A DNA stretch of 61,747 bases, filler included, from Sphacelaria rigidula (GCA_964200075.2; 5 parts of 5 records of this genome joined end to end with filler, not necessarily neighbours in it), one strand, 5' to 3'; shown: positions 1 to 12,447, counted from the whole stretch's first letter. Made by a program: numbers and translations. Notes: a model not told the origin generated them from the letters alone.

Positions 1-396
1 GGGGAAAGCACTGTTTTAGGCTTGAACCTCATCTCGGAGTTAAACCTCAATCCGCACAATTTGTTGTTAATGGTAGACACTTGGTTGGATGGGCGCATCG
101 GATCCTCTCTGTCGCCACAAAGACTACGAAAATTGCAAAACGAAAGTGAGTCACCGTGTGCTTCTTTGAACCTATCCCATACTTCAATTGCTACAGCACA
201 GGATCAAACGACGGTCACCGAGTCTCGCGGAAGCACTTCGTGCGACCACAAGTTGACCAAGCGAGGTCGAAAAGGGATGGATCAGTCGGGAGAGTGGGTC
301 GGGACGGTGGTAGAGTAGGCGCCTGAATGAGAAACAAGACAAAAAAAAAAACACGAGAGGGGAGCGAGAAGTGACAAGCTTCACGCGTGGGCGTCC

Positions 397-603
397 CTGT
401 AATGCGTGAGAGGACCGCGTGCTTTGAGGACCGCATCGGCGTTTGAATCTTCTCATGGTTAGGGTTAGGGTTAGTGTTGGGGTTAGGGTCACGGGCGTGG
501 TCCCTGCAGGGACTGGCACGATTGGTTTTGAATAACGTCGACGTTGAGGAGTTTCGAACTTCGATGCGGTCCTCTAGGCACACGGTACTCTCACGCACTA
601 CAG
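397..603. mobile_element. MITE with ~42-bp TIRs and an internal TTAGGG tract
   Basis: ctgtaatgcgtgagaggaccgcgtgctttgaggaccgcatcg pairs with cgatgcggtcctctaggcacacggtactctcacgcactacag. TCC lies on both flanks, and ggttagggttagggttagtgttggggttaggg spans 457-488. Confidence 0.7.
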
Positions 604-1054
604 TCCCCAAGTGATCGGGGAAATGCCGATGGACCAGAAGGAAACGACAGTATTGGGAATACGCGAAGGCTCTCTTCTCCGGCGAAACGGTCGATGGCAT
701 TTTATCGACTTGAAGACCGGAAGCTCCTTGTGGTATTCAAAATCCTAGTAAAACATTATCAAAGCATAGAGGCCAAATCTATTTTTTCGCGATTCCATGA
801 CAACCCGATCGATGGTCACAAAAAAAAAATCGATGGGGAACACGACAAGAGAATCGAATAGCGCCCGCAGTACAGTACAGCAAGATTTGTTGAAAACAAC
901 CTCCACTTGGTCAACTCTGCGCGTGAATGATCACAACGCATCACACCACCACCCCTAGCCACAGCAAAGAGCGTCAACCAAAAAAAGCGGGTGATGGAGC
1001 AGACCCTGGCAGGTCACCACGGCGCACAAGAGAGATGCATTTCAGGTGGGAGCA

Positions 1055-1207
1055 CTACGCAGAGATGGCCATCTGCTCCGTGCGCTGGCGCTTAGCACCG
1101 TCTTTGGAGATACCAATGGCCTGCATGTAGTCGACACGGATAGGGTGGTCATCCTGAGGCCGGTTGAGGGGGGTCCATACTGGTTCTCCCACGAACAAAC
1201 GCATTGC
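1055..1207 (-). CDS. ADI1: ADI1 terminal exon
   Basis: caacag|GCA ATG CGT TTG TTC GTG GGA GAA CCA GTA TGG ... stop at 1055-1057. Confidence 0.95.
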   Translation of the reverse strand, partial: AMRLFVGEPVWTPLNRPQDDHPIRVDYMQAIGISKDGAKRQRTEQMAISA

Positions 1208-4200
1208 CTGTTGCGCACGATTTGAGGGATCGGCACGGGTGCCAAGGGCGGGAGGGGTTGGACTAGACCCCATCACTTAATCTTCAAGAGGGGGAGGGGG
1301 TGGATTGTACTCATCATTCTGCATGTCGTAGTCACAAGCCCATCGACCTCGCATCCCTACAAGACCAGACGGAGCACGCCGGGCTTACGCCGGACCAGGC
1401 TCGCAATCAATCACCAAGCGCGAAGCGCTGTGATGTGTTCGGCGAGTCGCATAAGGGGTGACATGCATCCTGCTGAGACTTTTGGGCCCGAAGCGTACCG
1501 GTTATCTTGCACGTGGATGAGAGCCTCGAATGAGTTGCTTCATTGTCTGGTATCACCACTCGCAGAGACAGCCACGGGGTGCACACTGCCTCATGGGTGT
1601 CCCACCATTCACCCACCATTCAAACGCTGCGTAGTACGATCATCCCATCTGCGCGGATTTCGGGTTCTCCCACCCCGCACAATATCATCGAACTCGACCA
1701 CCATTACGGCTACCGCGAAAAAAAAAAGCAAGCGAAAAATCGAACAATAACCTGGTTGCCCGGCGTACGCTGGGAAGGCCTTAACCACATATTACGCTGC
1801 GAAGCACGGAATAGATCTAGTCCAGTGCATCAATCAGGGCATGCAAATACAAATACATGCCAAGAAAAACTCATGTGGTCCGATTTAAGGTGTCAGTCAT
1901 CCTGGGGAAAGATCCAAAACCTTCCGCAGTCAAAAGGGATGAAGATCGTATCGCATGTCGTCCTCCAAAAACAAAGCGAAACAAAAAAAACAATGTTGGG
2001 CGTTTTCGGGCAAATATTTCAACAATACGCCGCTTCTTGCAAGTACATATATTGTTCACGGAAATCTTCCTCTGACAGGTGCAATTTGTTACCAAAGGCG
2101 GTATTTTCTCAGCAGATCGTTTGGGAGATGACACATAACTCATCTTCAAATGACGTCAGGTTGCTACTGTAGAGAATAACAAGCCCTGTGGTTGATGACC
2201 AAGTACAACTGCGCTCCTCGAAAATTCACTTTTGCCACGGGCATTGAAAATTTAAAATCCCGGAAGTAGCAGTTTCCAACATCTAAGTGAACAGCTATGG
2301 CCCCGAAAACGCAAATACAGTGAAATACTGTTCTGCATGCATTACTTTAGAACAGCTCGATTTCTTGAATATCATCAGAAACGACCAAACATCCCTCATT
2401 TCCTAGAGGGGGAAAGGCCAACATCCTTGTGTAAAGCGGTTTTACATGACGCCATATGGTCGGGACATGAGTTCAGCTGAAAAGACGACCAGTTAGCGCG
2501 ACGGAAGAAAGCGCAGACCCGAGAACAAGGTCCACTAGATAAGCAGCACTTATTGCCTGATCGTCGCACAAAAATGATCTCCTACGAACGATACAAGGGC
2601 AGGTCGGGTAGGGTGTACCCGATATTTTGGTACCTTTAAAAGTCGCACATCACCTGCCAAAGTTCGTCACAACGACTTGAATGGGCTTCAGAGAGGGGAA
2701 CAGCAGCGCTGGGCTGGTTGCTGTGCCATACACCAGGTCGGATCTCCACTTTTCCAAATACCACAATATCGGGTACACCCTACCCGACCTGCCCTATGAA
2801 TCATGATGCAGCCGTGGTTACAAGATAGACGCACCTCAGGTGAACAAAAACGGGAACACTAGCTAATAGTGAAGTAAAATCGAGAATGAGGTGGAAGGGG
2901 GGTTAGGATACAGGAAGAGATCACCGTGACGCGAGGAACAGAATAAAAACAAACACGACACGACACATAGACTACATATATCGTGGATGTTCTTTCTAGC
3001 TTGCCTGATGAGGACATCAACAACATCAACACTTAGACCGCGATGCTGGTTGTCCATCTGGAGCACGCACACTTTTTTTCAAGTGAATATTGATGCAGAT
3101 TCAGCAGGTGACCTACCCTCGCGGGCAACATGAACACCAACATCACCATCAACAACAACAACAAGCAAGCAAGCGAGCGAGCGAGCGAGCGAGCAAACAA
3201 AAGTCACCAGCTTGCCTTGATGTAATTGTTCTCGTCCAGCGTAAAGCGGTGGTACATGCCGGCGGGCAGCGTGATCATGTCACCCTTGCTCATGCTGATG
3301 CGGATCCACTTTTCGTCTTTGGCTCGAACATCAAAGTACCCGCTGCCCTCTAGAACATACCTGTGCGTTCATCATCATCCACGAAATGTGTAAACATTTT
3401 CAACCAACACATCAGAAGTGCATACGCGGAAATACACCAACCATCCAAATCATACGTACGGTGCCTCACCATTTGCCCACTCCGTGGTACGATCATCCCC
3501 ACTGTGCGGAGTTGAGGTTCTCCCACGCCGCAAAACATGATTCGGCTCGACCACCATCATGATTGCCGCAAAAAACACGCAACCGCACAAAAACAATTGG
3601 TAACATGTTTGCCTAGCTTACGCAGTTAGTGTCGTGTTGTATAGCGTCATCGCCAACCGACGCCAATCCCTTCGGGGGTCCGCCCCTCGGAGCACGCCGC
3701 GCTCTCGCCGGACCAGGCTGGGGGGGGGGAGGGGGGTCGAGGTTTTGAAAATTGAAAGATGATCGTACTTTTGTTCCCGACTGCCTTTCCATGGTTGAAC
3801 CCATGAAAAAGTGAGCAGCAAAAAAAAGAAAGGACGACGACAGTCGACACGGCGTGGGAGTACTCATCTAGTTCCCTTCGTCGAAATGTTACACACATCG
3901 GACAACTCAACTCATTTAACTAATTCTCGTATTAACTCAGCGGTACCATTTTCTCGCCGGCTGAGTTAAATGGTACAGCTCAGGGGTACCTTACCCCACA
4001 GGATGGGTGATACCACATGACTGAATCAACCCTTTTCGGACTGTCAGTGGAAAAGTGTGGATATCGAGGTGCAGTTTTTTGAGCGACATATATGGGTAAA
4101 TATCTACAATTTTCATGCAAAAGCATTAGCCCGAGACGTTCTTCAGACCCGTGAAAAAAAATGCCCCAATGCCGCACGGGACTCAGTATATAGAAAATAG

Positions 4201-7200
4201 ACAGGTGGTGCCGAGTTTTGTTCGTATACACTTCAGGCACGCAAGTACAATTTTTTTTGCCGTGTGCACAAACTTGAACAAACTTGACCCGTTGCGTCCC
4301 CCACTGGACAAAACTAATCTGATCGCACCGGGGTGACATTTTTGGTGCGCGCATGACGTAAGCTGCTGGATTCTTCTGTGGCCTTCCGCAGTGAAAATGG
4401 TTGCCGTCGGTATTTTTTGTTCCCGTATTTTTTTCCTCAGGATTGGAAATAATGAGGCGTCTGGCCCGGGGACGAATGGGGAAGGTTTCCACAGGATTAA
4501 CTCATGAGTTGCCCGATGTGTGAAACGTTGGGAAGTTATTGTGGGGGCTATGGGTGTGATGGGGAAGGTGCCCAAAGGAGTAACTCAGGAGTTGCCCGAT
4601 GTGTGAAATGTTGGGAAGTTACTGAGGGGGATATGTGTGTGATTGATCCGGAGCCATCGCGAGGGAAGGGAAGGCATTGAAAGTATGACGTAACGAAGAA
4701 TCAACAGCAACAGAATCGCTGCCTGAAAATACTCGAAAAAAAGGGGCAATATGAAAAAGACACCGAAACGAATAAAGTGGCATGGACACCCGACGAAGAT
4801 TTGCACTCAGATAGTTGGGATGAAGGTGATTCCCCCCCCCCCCCCCGGGGGGGGGGTTCTATGAGGGGTTTCCCCAGGGTGGACATGAAACACAACGCCC
4901 TCCCCTCCGTAGCTGCAGTGCCTGCAGCGCCGTTCATTGTGACAGTAGTCGGCTCACCGAATCTCTTCGTCGCTGTGCATGTGCTCCTCGAAAAACGACT
5001 TAATCTTGGCTTCGTAGTTCGGCAGCTTCTCCGGAGACACGGTGATGACGTCCTGCAGTGGGTGGGTATCATATGTACACAAGGAAGGGAAACAACCGGG
5101 TGGGTTCATGTACATGCCGTTCGTCAAGCCTTCGATCCCGAAGAGCTGGTCGGTCGTTTGCTGGCAGCAGGGGCAGTCAGACATGGTAGTCAGACGTACA
5201 CAAAAACGCATGAGATGCTCTGACCCGTTGGAGTACATGGACTCAAAAATGGAGTTGCTTTACTGCATCAGCATGAGTGAGAATAAGTTCGGGGGGTGTC
5301 TCCCACTAAAAGCCAGTCATTTCGAAGGCGGGTCTCCACTATACGGCGGTGTAGACTTGAGCTGCTTCATTTCTCTTGTGATGGGCAGGGCGCAGTCACA
5401 CCCAAGGCTGCTTCTCACGTGGAGGCGGGCAACTTCTTGTGTCTGCACTACTTGTAGACCGCCATGAAAGTCGGCGGCCCAATGTAGGCAAAAGCTGGTG
5501 AACAAAATGTGTAGGATATAGGTTACCCTCCGCTTATCCTGTGGGACAACGGGCCTCTGTTTGAATCGATGCACAACTAGCGGGGACTTGAAAACGTTCT
5601 AACGTGACGTACCAGACGCCGACGGTATATATATATATATATATTATACATCGATTCGTCTACCGTAGGAACACTTGTGAACTCCGGAGGTATCATACTC
5701 GACATATCTCTGCGAGACTGTTTTGTAAAAAATACTGCATCATGCAGGGAGCAACATAGCGTGCAAGTTCAACAGGCGCTTCGCGGCCGACTCGGCTGCT
5801 TGTGAGCAGGCCTCCACATTAAACACGGGATCTTACAAATTGGGGACGGATCTTTTATTGGGGATGAGAAACCTGGATAATTAAACTCTTCGTATCCGCA
5901 CCAAATCTTCGAAATATGGTTCCACTCCTTCACCTACTGATGGCTATGGACAACTGCTACAGGCCATAGAAATTTGGATTCCGATCACCGAAGTGTTGGG
6001 GTCGTAGGTGAAAAAAAAAAAAGGGGAATTCCGGGTGTCCGAAGGGACGCCAAAATAGTTCCGAAATTGGTTTTTCAACTAAGACCACAACATTTCGGTG
6101 ATCGAAATCCAAATTTCTATGGTGTGTACCAGTTGTCAATAGCTATCAGTAGGTGACGGAATGGAGCCATATTTCGAAGATGAAGTGTGGATATGAAGAT
6201 TTTAATTCTCCGGGTTTCTCTTCGCCAATAAAAGATCCATCCCCAATTTGTAAAATCCCGTGTTATTACCTGGTGGCGGCAGGTTACCTCACAAGTCCGA
6301 CATGCACATCGGTGACTCAACTGCACTTCACTTCAGTGAATCGAAGGGCAAGGGAAGAGCCAAGGCAACCGGGCTCGCGAGCACATTTCACAAGTACTTT
6401 CGCCACAAGCCCCTATTTTGCCCAGGGACAGTTGGAGGGAAGGAAGCAAGACGGTGCTACCATGTTCATGTGCTACCATTCAAGAGTATTCGCCCGCTTC
6501 TCGTCAAAACTTGAAATAAGCTTAGCCGGACGGCTGTAGATATCTCAACCTCCTAAGCGCTCCCTCTCTTCGACAGCATTCCCTGTCAACAACCGTGCCG
6601 CGCTCGACCGACGCCTCTGAGGCCGGTCGAAGTGTAGATTCGCGCCCTCATACCCCGTACACGCAATGCACAGGCACACTCAGGGCACCTTTCTTGAAAC
6701 CCCGCTGCTCCAGTGCAAGTAACCCGTCCGGTGCTTAATCGCCAGGACAGGTTTGTCAAGGCTAACATGAAGGGAAAGCCGTAGAATTTCACCTCCCGAA
6801 AATCGGGGGCAGGAGCGAGGGGCTAAATTCCTGTCATGGAAGCTCGGAGTCACCCCGAGCAAAAATCAACGTTATTTTTCGCTCTATTTTCATGCCCCCC
6901 TCTCCCCCCTCGCTCCTCCTCCACCTCAGTTCGGGTCCGTGGTGTAAAGGGATCGGTCCAACTTTGCCCCCGATACATGCCTGATATTTTGGAATCGCAG
7001 GTTGGATCATGACTATCAGCATCCCCAGATCGTGTGGTGTTTTCCCCGAGTAGTTTCTGCAAACCCATGCCTTCACCTTGTGAACAACGGAACGTGGATA
7101 TTTTTCATGAAGATACATCGAGAGAGATTTATGTTTCCCGTGAATCGGACCCGTACCTCCGCCCTAGTCGCTCTTGATGTATGACAGTTACTCCACCGGC

Positions 7201-7872
7201 GCGCGATGGTTCACGCTCAGTACCAAGTATTTTCGAACACTGGATTTTGTCGTCGACTTCGCGGGAAACTCTACTGCCTGGCCCCTTCCAGCAAAAAGCG
7301 GCTGGAACTCCCCCGCCCGATATCTTAGGATGATTCATGCAGCTCAGCAGCTGCCGCGGTCCTCTCTGTCTACGAGCACCCCGCATTACGACGACACACC
7401 TCGTGACTCGGGGTGCTCCCACCTGACTCGTGTACAGTAGTGTGGCATTGGGACTGATGACAAAGTAGCTGTTCCTTCATCACGTTCGCCCAGTGGCGTA
7501 TCTACCCGCGGTCAATGTGTTAGTATCTCGTGCTCAACGGAGAAATTACGCTCTTCACAGCTCTTGAAAACCTTGCGTCAGTCCCTACTTGCGGAAGTAC
7601 AAAAGAAGTGGTGAGGGGGAAACATTTGTGAGCGTTGTTCCTTTGGGAGTCCTCAGATAGTTAAATCAGACAATAGAGCCTGATCGTGACTTTGTCAACT
7701 CGATATGATCGACGGCCAGCTTAACAGACATGTACACACCTCAAAAAGGGGTCAAGGAGTTCATCAACAAGGTATACTTGTACCTGGTAAGAGTAGCCTC
7801 GATCCTTGCGGATCTTCTCTAGCTGTGGGTCGTTTTCATACTTGTCGGCATCCAGCGTCCAGTGCAGTACAC
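1055..7872 (-). CDS. ADI1: Acireductone dioxygenase (methionine salvage, cupin fold), spliced and 5'-partial: join(7872..7784, 5052..4958, 3360..3216, 1207..1055)
   Basis: Manual splicing gives (G)[159 protein letters not shown]. It contains the ARD motifs EEHxHx[13 protein letters not shown], LPAGxYHRFT and [11 protein letters not shown]. All exon phases are compatible. Confidence 0.96.
2596..2795. mobile_element. 200-bp MITE with a 35-bp near-perfect TIR, inside an ADI1 intron
   Basis: agggcaggtcgggtagggtgtacccgatattttgg pairs with ccacaatatcgggtacaccctacccgacctgccct. Confidence 0.75.
3216..3360 (-). CDS. ADI1: ADI1 exon (cupin core), ending at a GC donor
   Basis: gcacag|G TAT GTT CTA GAG GGC AGC GGG TAC TTT ... 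ATC AAG|gcaagc. Absent from the ORF track. Confidence 0.95.
4958..5052 (-). CDS. ADI1: ADI1 exon carrying the metal ligands H-x-H-x3-E
   Basis: ctgcag|GAC GTC ATC ... GAG ATT CG|gtgagc, encoding [32 protein letters not shown]. Confidence 0.95.
5822..6264. mobile_element. Foldback element with ~190-bp inverted arms, inside an ADI1 intron
   Basis: Arm 5822-6012 is a diverged reverse complement of arm 6070-6264. A related single arm lies at ~48835-48935. Confidence 0.8.
7784..7872 (-). CDS. ADI1: ADI1 exon (first visible; the true first exon was not found in this contig)
   Basis: ttgcag|GT GTA CTG CAC TGG ... TAC CAG|gtacaa, encoding [30 protein letters not shown]. Confidence 0.93.
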
Positions 7873-8171
7873 CTGCAATCCGCAGCGGGGAAGTGCGCAA
7901 ATATCATCTCGACACGAAAAGTGTTGGTGTGTCTTGCACACAAGCAAACAAAAGAGGCCAGCGACAACAAGCAGGGGATCGATTCTGTGCATTTTTGCTC
8001 GTTTCGCATGGTGTGCGAGTCCGAGAGAATATTTGACAACCTAGCTAGCGCAGGACGAGGAAATGCCACGGAGGTTGACCAGCTAACGGTAAAAACATAG
8101 TACCTCCGCCAAGCTCAGAAGAACTCCCCGAGATGATACTGAGATAGAATACGCCCGACATAGCGCTTCGA

Positions 8172-8290
8172 CCCTCTTGGAACCCATAGACGATTTTGGG
8201 TTTTGTGAATCGGTACCATTTTCAGTCATTTTCGAGTCAAAATGATGCCGATTCACGAAAACAAAAGATCGTCAGTGGGTTCCAAAAGGG
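8172..8290. mobile_element. Palindromic piggyBac-like MITE (second family)
   Basis: tcga|CCCTCTTGGAACCC ... GGGTTCCAAAAGGG|tcaa, near-palindromic throughout. A homologous right arm at 40470-40515 ends GGG|TTAA. Confidence 0.6.
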
Positions 8291-9569
8291 TCAAAACCTA
8301 GCTCCAAGTTCTCAATCCACTAATTCGGTAAAGTCATCATTTTGCGTCAATCGGCCACGAGCTGAAGAAGGATTGTGTATGTCTGCTTATCGACAAACGC
8401 GTCAGTTCTTTTTGTCAAAAACAAATCGTCACAAAACCTCGACGCACATCGCCGCTGCACGACGGATTTCCCACAAACGCCACTGAGAAAGAAGTCCCCA
8501 TGTACTGCGGGGGACTGTTGCTACCTCTGAGAGCGACAGGAATCAAGCGTGTGTGTCTGTCGGCGCCGAGGCATCATGATCGGTACGTCGAGGGCACTTT
8601 CCGAACGGTGGAGTATGACAAACTGTTGATTCATTTTCTTATCGGTGAGCCAGTTCCTTGTCTCGCATTCTTCTTGCAGATGCTCAACGGCACTACCGCG
8701 ATCGCCCAGGCCCATGTCTTATCCAGCCAATTCTTGCTGAACCTTGTTAACCCTAACCCCAACGGCAAGGCGGCCCGTGAACCCTCGCGCAAGGAGTGCA
8801 CATACAGTGAATGTCCTAATGCCAAGCGTACCTTGGCAGGGCTCAAATCGGCGCCTATCTGAGCCAAAAAGGTGTGTCGCACAAATAGTCATGATCCAAA
8901 CACGAGGGTGTACTTGTACCCTAATGCCCAAGTCTTCTTCAACCATGGATTTGTGTTGCACGAGTTAGCGCCGACACTACGGTTACCCTTCCACAAACGA
9001 CGGCAATCGGATACAATACATCTCAAAAGAAGCCGCAGCATCCGCATCTGCCGGGATTCGAACTCGTGATTTTTTTGCCCTTCCTCGATTCTAACTGATT
9101 TCAGCTGTACCAGTCAGGGACCACCTGGGCGCGGCGGCAGAATTTTCGGAACCGACATATCCACTTCAGGGGTATTCGGGGCAGGTAGGTGGTGAGAAAA
9201 GGCATCTCGAAAGTCGAATACACACTATTGAATTACTGCCGGCAAACAACTTTCGCCAGGATCGCATGAAATCCGGCTAAATGAAGAAACGCCAAATCAA
9301 GAATTTTCAGCACTTCGAGCGACGTTTCCGCGCCACCACTTTCAGCAACGATGCGGAACATGCTGGGAACAGAATAAAATAGAATAAAAATGACGGCGGC
9401 GAAAATTCAATGCTGTCCACGTACTGTGCTGTCAAATAGTAGATGGTGGACTAAATAAATACGCAAGAATGCGGAAAGGACAACACATCTTGGGAGACAG
9501 ATTATTATAGTTCGATGGGTATATCACAAGCGGTCACTGCAATCGCGTGGTGCTACAAAAAATCGCTTA

Positions 9570-10760
9570 ATTCGTCGGATAACACCCCTCATGCTGATGG
9601 TGTTTGGAGAAAGGATACGTTTGAGTTCATCCGCGGGGAAGGCAGGGCTCACGGACCAGTGGTGACTACGCTCTAATGATACTCCCGCGTGTTCAATGAC
9701 GTCGCCAATCGTGTGTCACAGGCCATGCCGGTAGTAATCCGCTGAGCATGCTTGGGGAGGAGATGGAATGACCTCATCGCCTGGGTTATATAGCGCTGCT
9801 GGTGAGAACGGGGGGTATCACTAGCCAGGGGAGGGTGTAGGCTTGCAGATGGTACCAGTCACGATTCAGATGCATGGCGGTCCGGCTGGAAATAGATCAT
9901 ACGTCGGGTAACACCCCTTCGTTATGAGGATGGGGAGGGGGTGCGCCGATAGGATCGCCAAGAAGGGGGACGAAAGGAGGCTTAGAAATAGTCGCTGAGT
10001 GTGGGGATGTTCGAACGATGCCTCCCGCGTGTTCAGGGGCATCGCCGATCGTAGGTTACAGGTCCTGAAGGTGGGCAACGACCCCTGAGCGTGCTAGGGG
10101 GAGGGAATGGAACCATATCGTCCCCGGGGTTACACTGTGTGGATTTTGAAAACGGGAACGGGGGGTATCACCAGTTGGGGGAGGATTAAGACTTTTGAAA
10201 GTTATATTCGTTGATTCCCCGCTGCGAAAAGCTCATACGTCGTATAACACCCCCTTGTGATGAGAATGATGGGTCGAGTTCATCCCCGGAGAAGGGAAGG
10301 AGGGGAGGGGGAGCTCGTAAATCAGTAGGTCGGGGTGAGGATGTCCGAGCAATGCCTTTCACGTGCTCAGGGGCATCGCCAATCGTTTGTTACAGGTCCT
10401 GGCGGAGGGTAACAGCGACTGAGCGTGCTCGAGGAGGGGATGGAGCGACCTCGTCCAGGGAGTGTGTATACAGTAGTGCGCTAATGCGGCGGATAACACC
10501 CCCTTCCTGCTATATGGGAAGGGAATGCGTTGATTTCATCCCCGAGGAAGGGGGGAACATGACCAAGGACGAGGGGGGCATAAACCGGTAGAGAAGGGTG
10601 GGGGGATTCCAACGATGCCTTCTGTGTGTTGAGGGGCATCGCCATTTACATGTAGATTCGTATAATACAGGCCCTGACGGTAGAAAACGCCCTCTCGTGT
10701 TCGGAGAGGGGGTGAAACGGTTCCATCCCCAGATGTGGCGGGAGGGAGGGTGATGGATTA
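9570..10760. repeat. Diverged tandem array of four units, 250-335 bp each
   Basis: Recurrent blocks (cgtcgg)ataacacccc at ~9575, 9905, 10240 and 10490, each followed by gtgttca.gggcatcgcc.atcgt and ctgagcgtgct. Confidence 0.75.
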
Positions 10761-11144
10761 ATATACTACGGTTGACACGTTTTAGCAACGCCCTTGTGCA
10801 TATTAATGCACCGTCAGTTGCACGCAACAGGCCGAAACTGTAGATAGCACCCCTTCACGGAGCTGTGGTAATTTTGATGGGAGTGGTGCATTGACGACGT
10901 TCCCAGGTGGGGGTCTGTTTTTTGTTTTTCCCTCTTACTTATAGTTCAAATATCCCAGAAATACCTCAGCAACATTCAAGGACACTGCCGCTCGTACGTT
11001 CTAGATTAGGACGGTAGATACCACACCCGAAATTACGGTATATACCACCCCTTGGGGGCCGCTGTTTTCTCGTCCCCTACGCCACCACACCCCGACCCGA
11101 ATCCAACTCGTCCAACGCTTTTCATACACTTTCACTATTTCTAG

Positions 11145-11407
11145 TCATGTCAAGAGTTTTAGACTCTCGAATGACTTATTCAATGCGATCAAACTTGTTG
11201 GTGAGCGTTGCCCATGGACGACCACGAAGGTGGTACAGATAACTGGAATATGTCCGCCTGAATCTGACCCCCAAAGCCCGTCATCAATCGGAAGCATTCC
11301 ACTAAACGCCGATATCTCCGTGAGCTCGATATATTTCTGGCTCCACGAAGCTGGGGTGACTCCCCCCTCACAACCTCGCCTCCGCCCTACCCTTTCTTCC
11401 TGCACAG
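11145..11407 (+). CDS. Candidate exon of an unknown protein, antisense to ADI1
   Basis: actatttctag|T CAT GTC AAG ... ACA G|gtaacc. Open for 87 codons, with no recognisable motif. Confidence 0.25.
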
Positions 11408-11565
11408 GTAACCTTGACGACTATACAATACGGACGTCATCTAATGACGGTATAAGGAGCATGTGTACTTGAAGTATGATCAAAGATACGCTGAATAAAT
11501 ATTGCAGAGTTTCGGAAAACACTTTTTTGTCATTCCAGAGTGCAAATATCTCAGGATCAGATTGT

Positions 11566-11880
11566 TGTGTGTGTTGTCGTCCCATCTATTCTGGACGCCG
11601 GTCGACACCTTTCAGTATTTGTGGGCGCACCAGCCGGGGTCACACAGGATGAAGGTCAACACAGGATTCTTTTTTTTTTAGTGCCACCACCTTCCTTCTG
11701 CGGTGCTTGCCTTTTTTTTTATATCTCGAGAGGGATTCAGCAATCCCTTTCCCTCGTCGACCGTGAAGTCAAATGTTGTGCACCCACGACATAGTTGCTC
11801 TCCACTGGTGGGCATGGTGTGAGAAAAGATCCCAGATCGCTCCGAGAATTGAACCCACGACCCAACCGTCAGAAGGTTAA
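11566..11880 (-). mobile_element. tRNA-derived SINE, family A (head slightly truncated)
   Basis: The minus strand has a B-box GGTTCAATTC, a body shared with four other copies, and the 3' end AGAATAGATGGGACGACAACACACAC. Confidence 0.8.
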
Positions 11881-11889
11881 TCAGGGTAT

Positions 11890-12125
11890 TGTGTGTGTGT
11901 ATGTTGTCGTCCCATCTGTTCTGGACGCCGGTCTTCACCTTTCGGTATATGTTGGCGCATCAGCCGGGGTCACACAGGAGGGAGGTCAACACAGGAGTGT
12001 TTTTCTTATTTTTTTGTTGTGTTTAGTACTCTACCTTCCTTCTGCGGTGCTTGCCTTGTTTTTTTTTATCGCAAGAGGGGTTCAGCTGACCTTTCCCCTC
12101 GTCGACCGTTGAGTCCAATTTTATC
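11890..12125 (-). mobile_element. SINE family A, 5'-truncated tandem copy
   Basis: Direct repeat of 11566-11790 (gttgtcgtcccatct.ttctggacgccggtc...ccggggtcacacagga). Confidence 0.8.
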
Positions 12126-12170
12126 AGAGTGTACAAGGATCTGTCGAGAGAAAAAAAGTCGGACACGGAG

Positions 12171-12210
<40 letters not shown>

Positions 12211-12271
12211 CACCATTATTTTTTTGTTTTTTTTTTGTTTTTGTTTTTTTTTTTTTTTTTTTTTTTTTTTT

Positions 12272-12371
12272 NNNNNNNNNNNNNNNNNNNNNNNNNNNNN
12301 NNNNNNNNNNNNNNNTTAATTAATTAANNNNNNNNNNNNNNNNNNNNNNNNNNNNNNNNNNNNNNNNNNNN
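12272..12371. other. Artificial contig linker
   Basis: N44-TTAATTAATTAA-N44, giving stops in all six frames. Confidence 0.99.
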
Positions 12372-12411
12372 TCTTGCGCGCGCCCCCACCCCCCTGGGTG
12401 GGGCACGGGGA

Positions 12412-12447
<36 letters not shown>

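Noticed and set aside
457..488. TTAGGG tracts as true telomeres
   Set aside because: They are short, degenerate, internal and embedded in TIR elements.
9045..9130. tRNA-like sequence on the minus strand (TGGTCCCTGACTGG ... GTTCGAATCCCGG)
   Set aside because: It has no complementary acceptor stem and no anticodon arm. It is more likely a SINE head or pseudo-tRNA, and the same applies to 46277-46345 and 51175-51245.
12171..12446. Long poly-C, poly-T and poly-G runs
   Set aside because: They sit at contig ends beside the linker, and are typical low-quality assembly termini.
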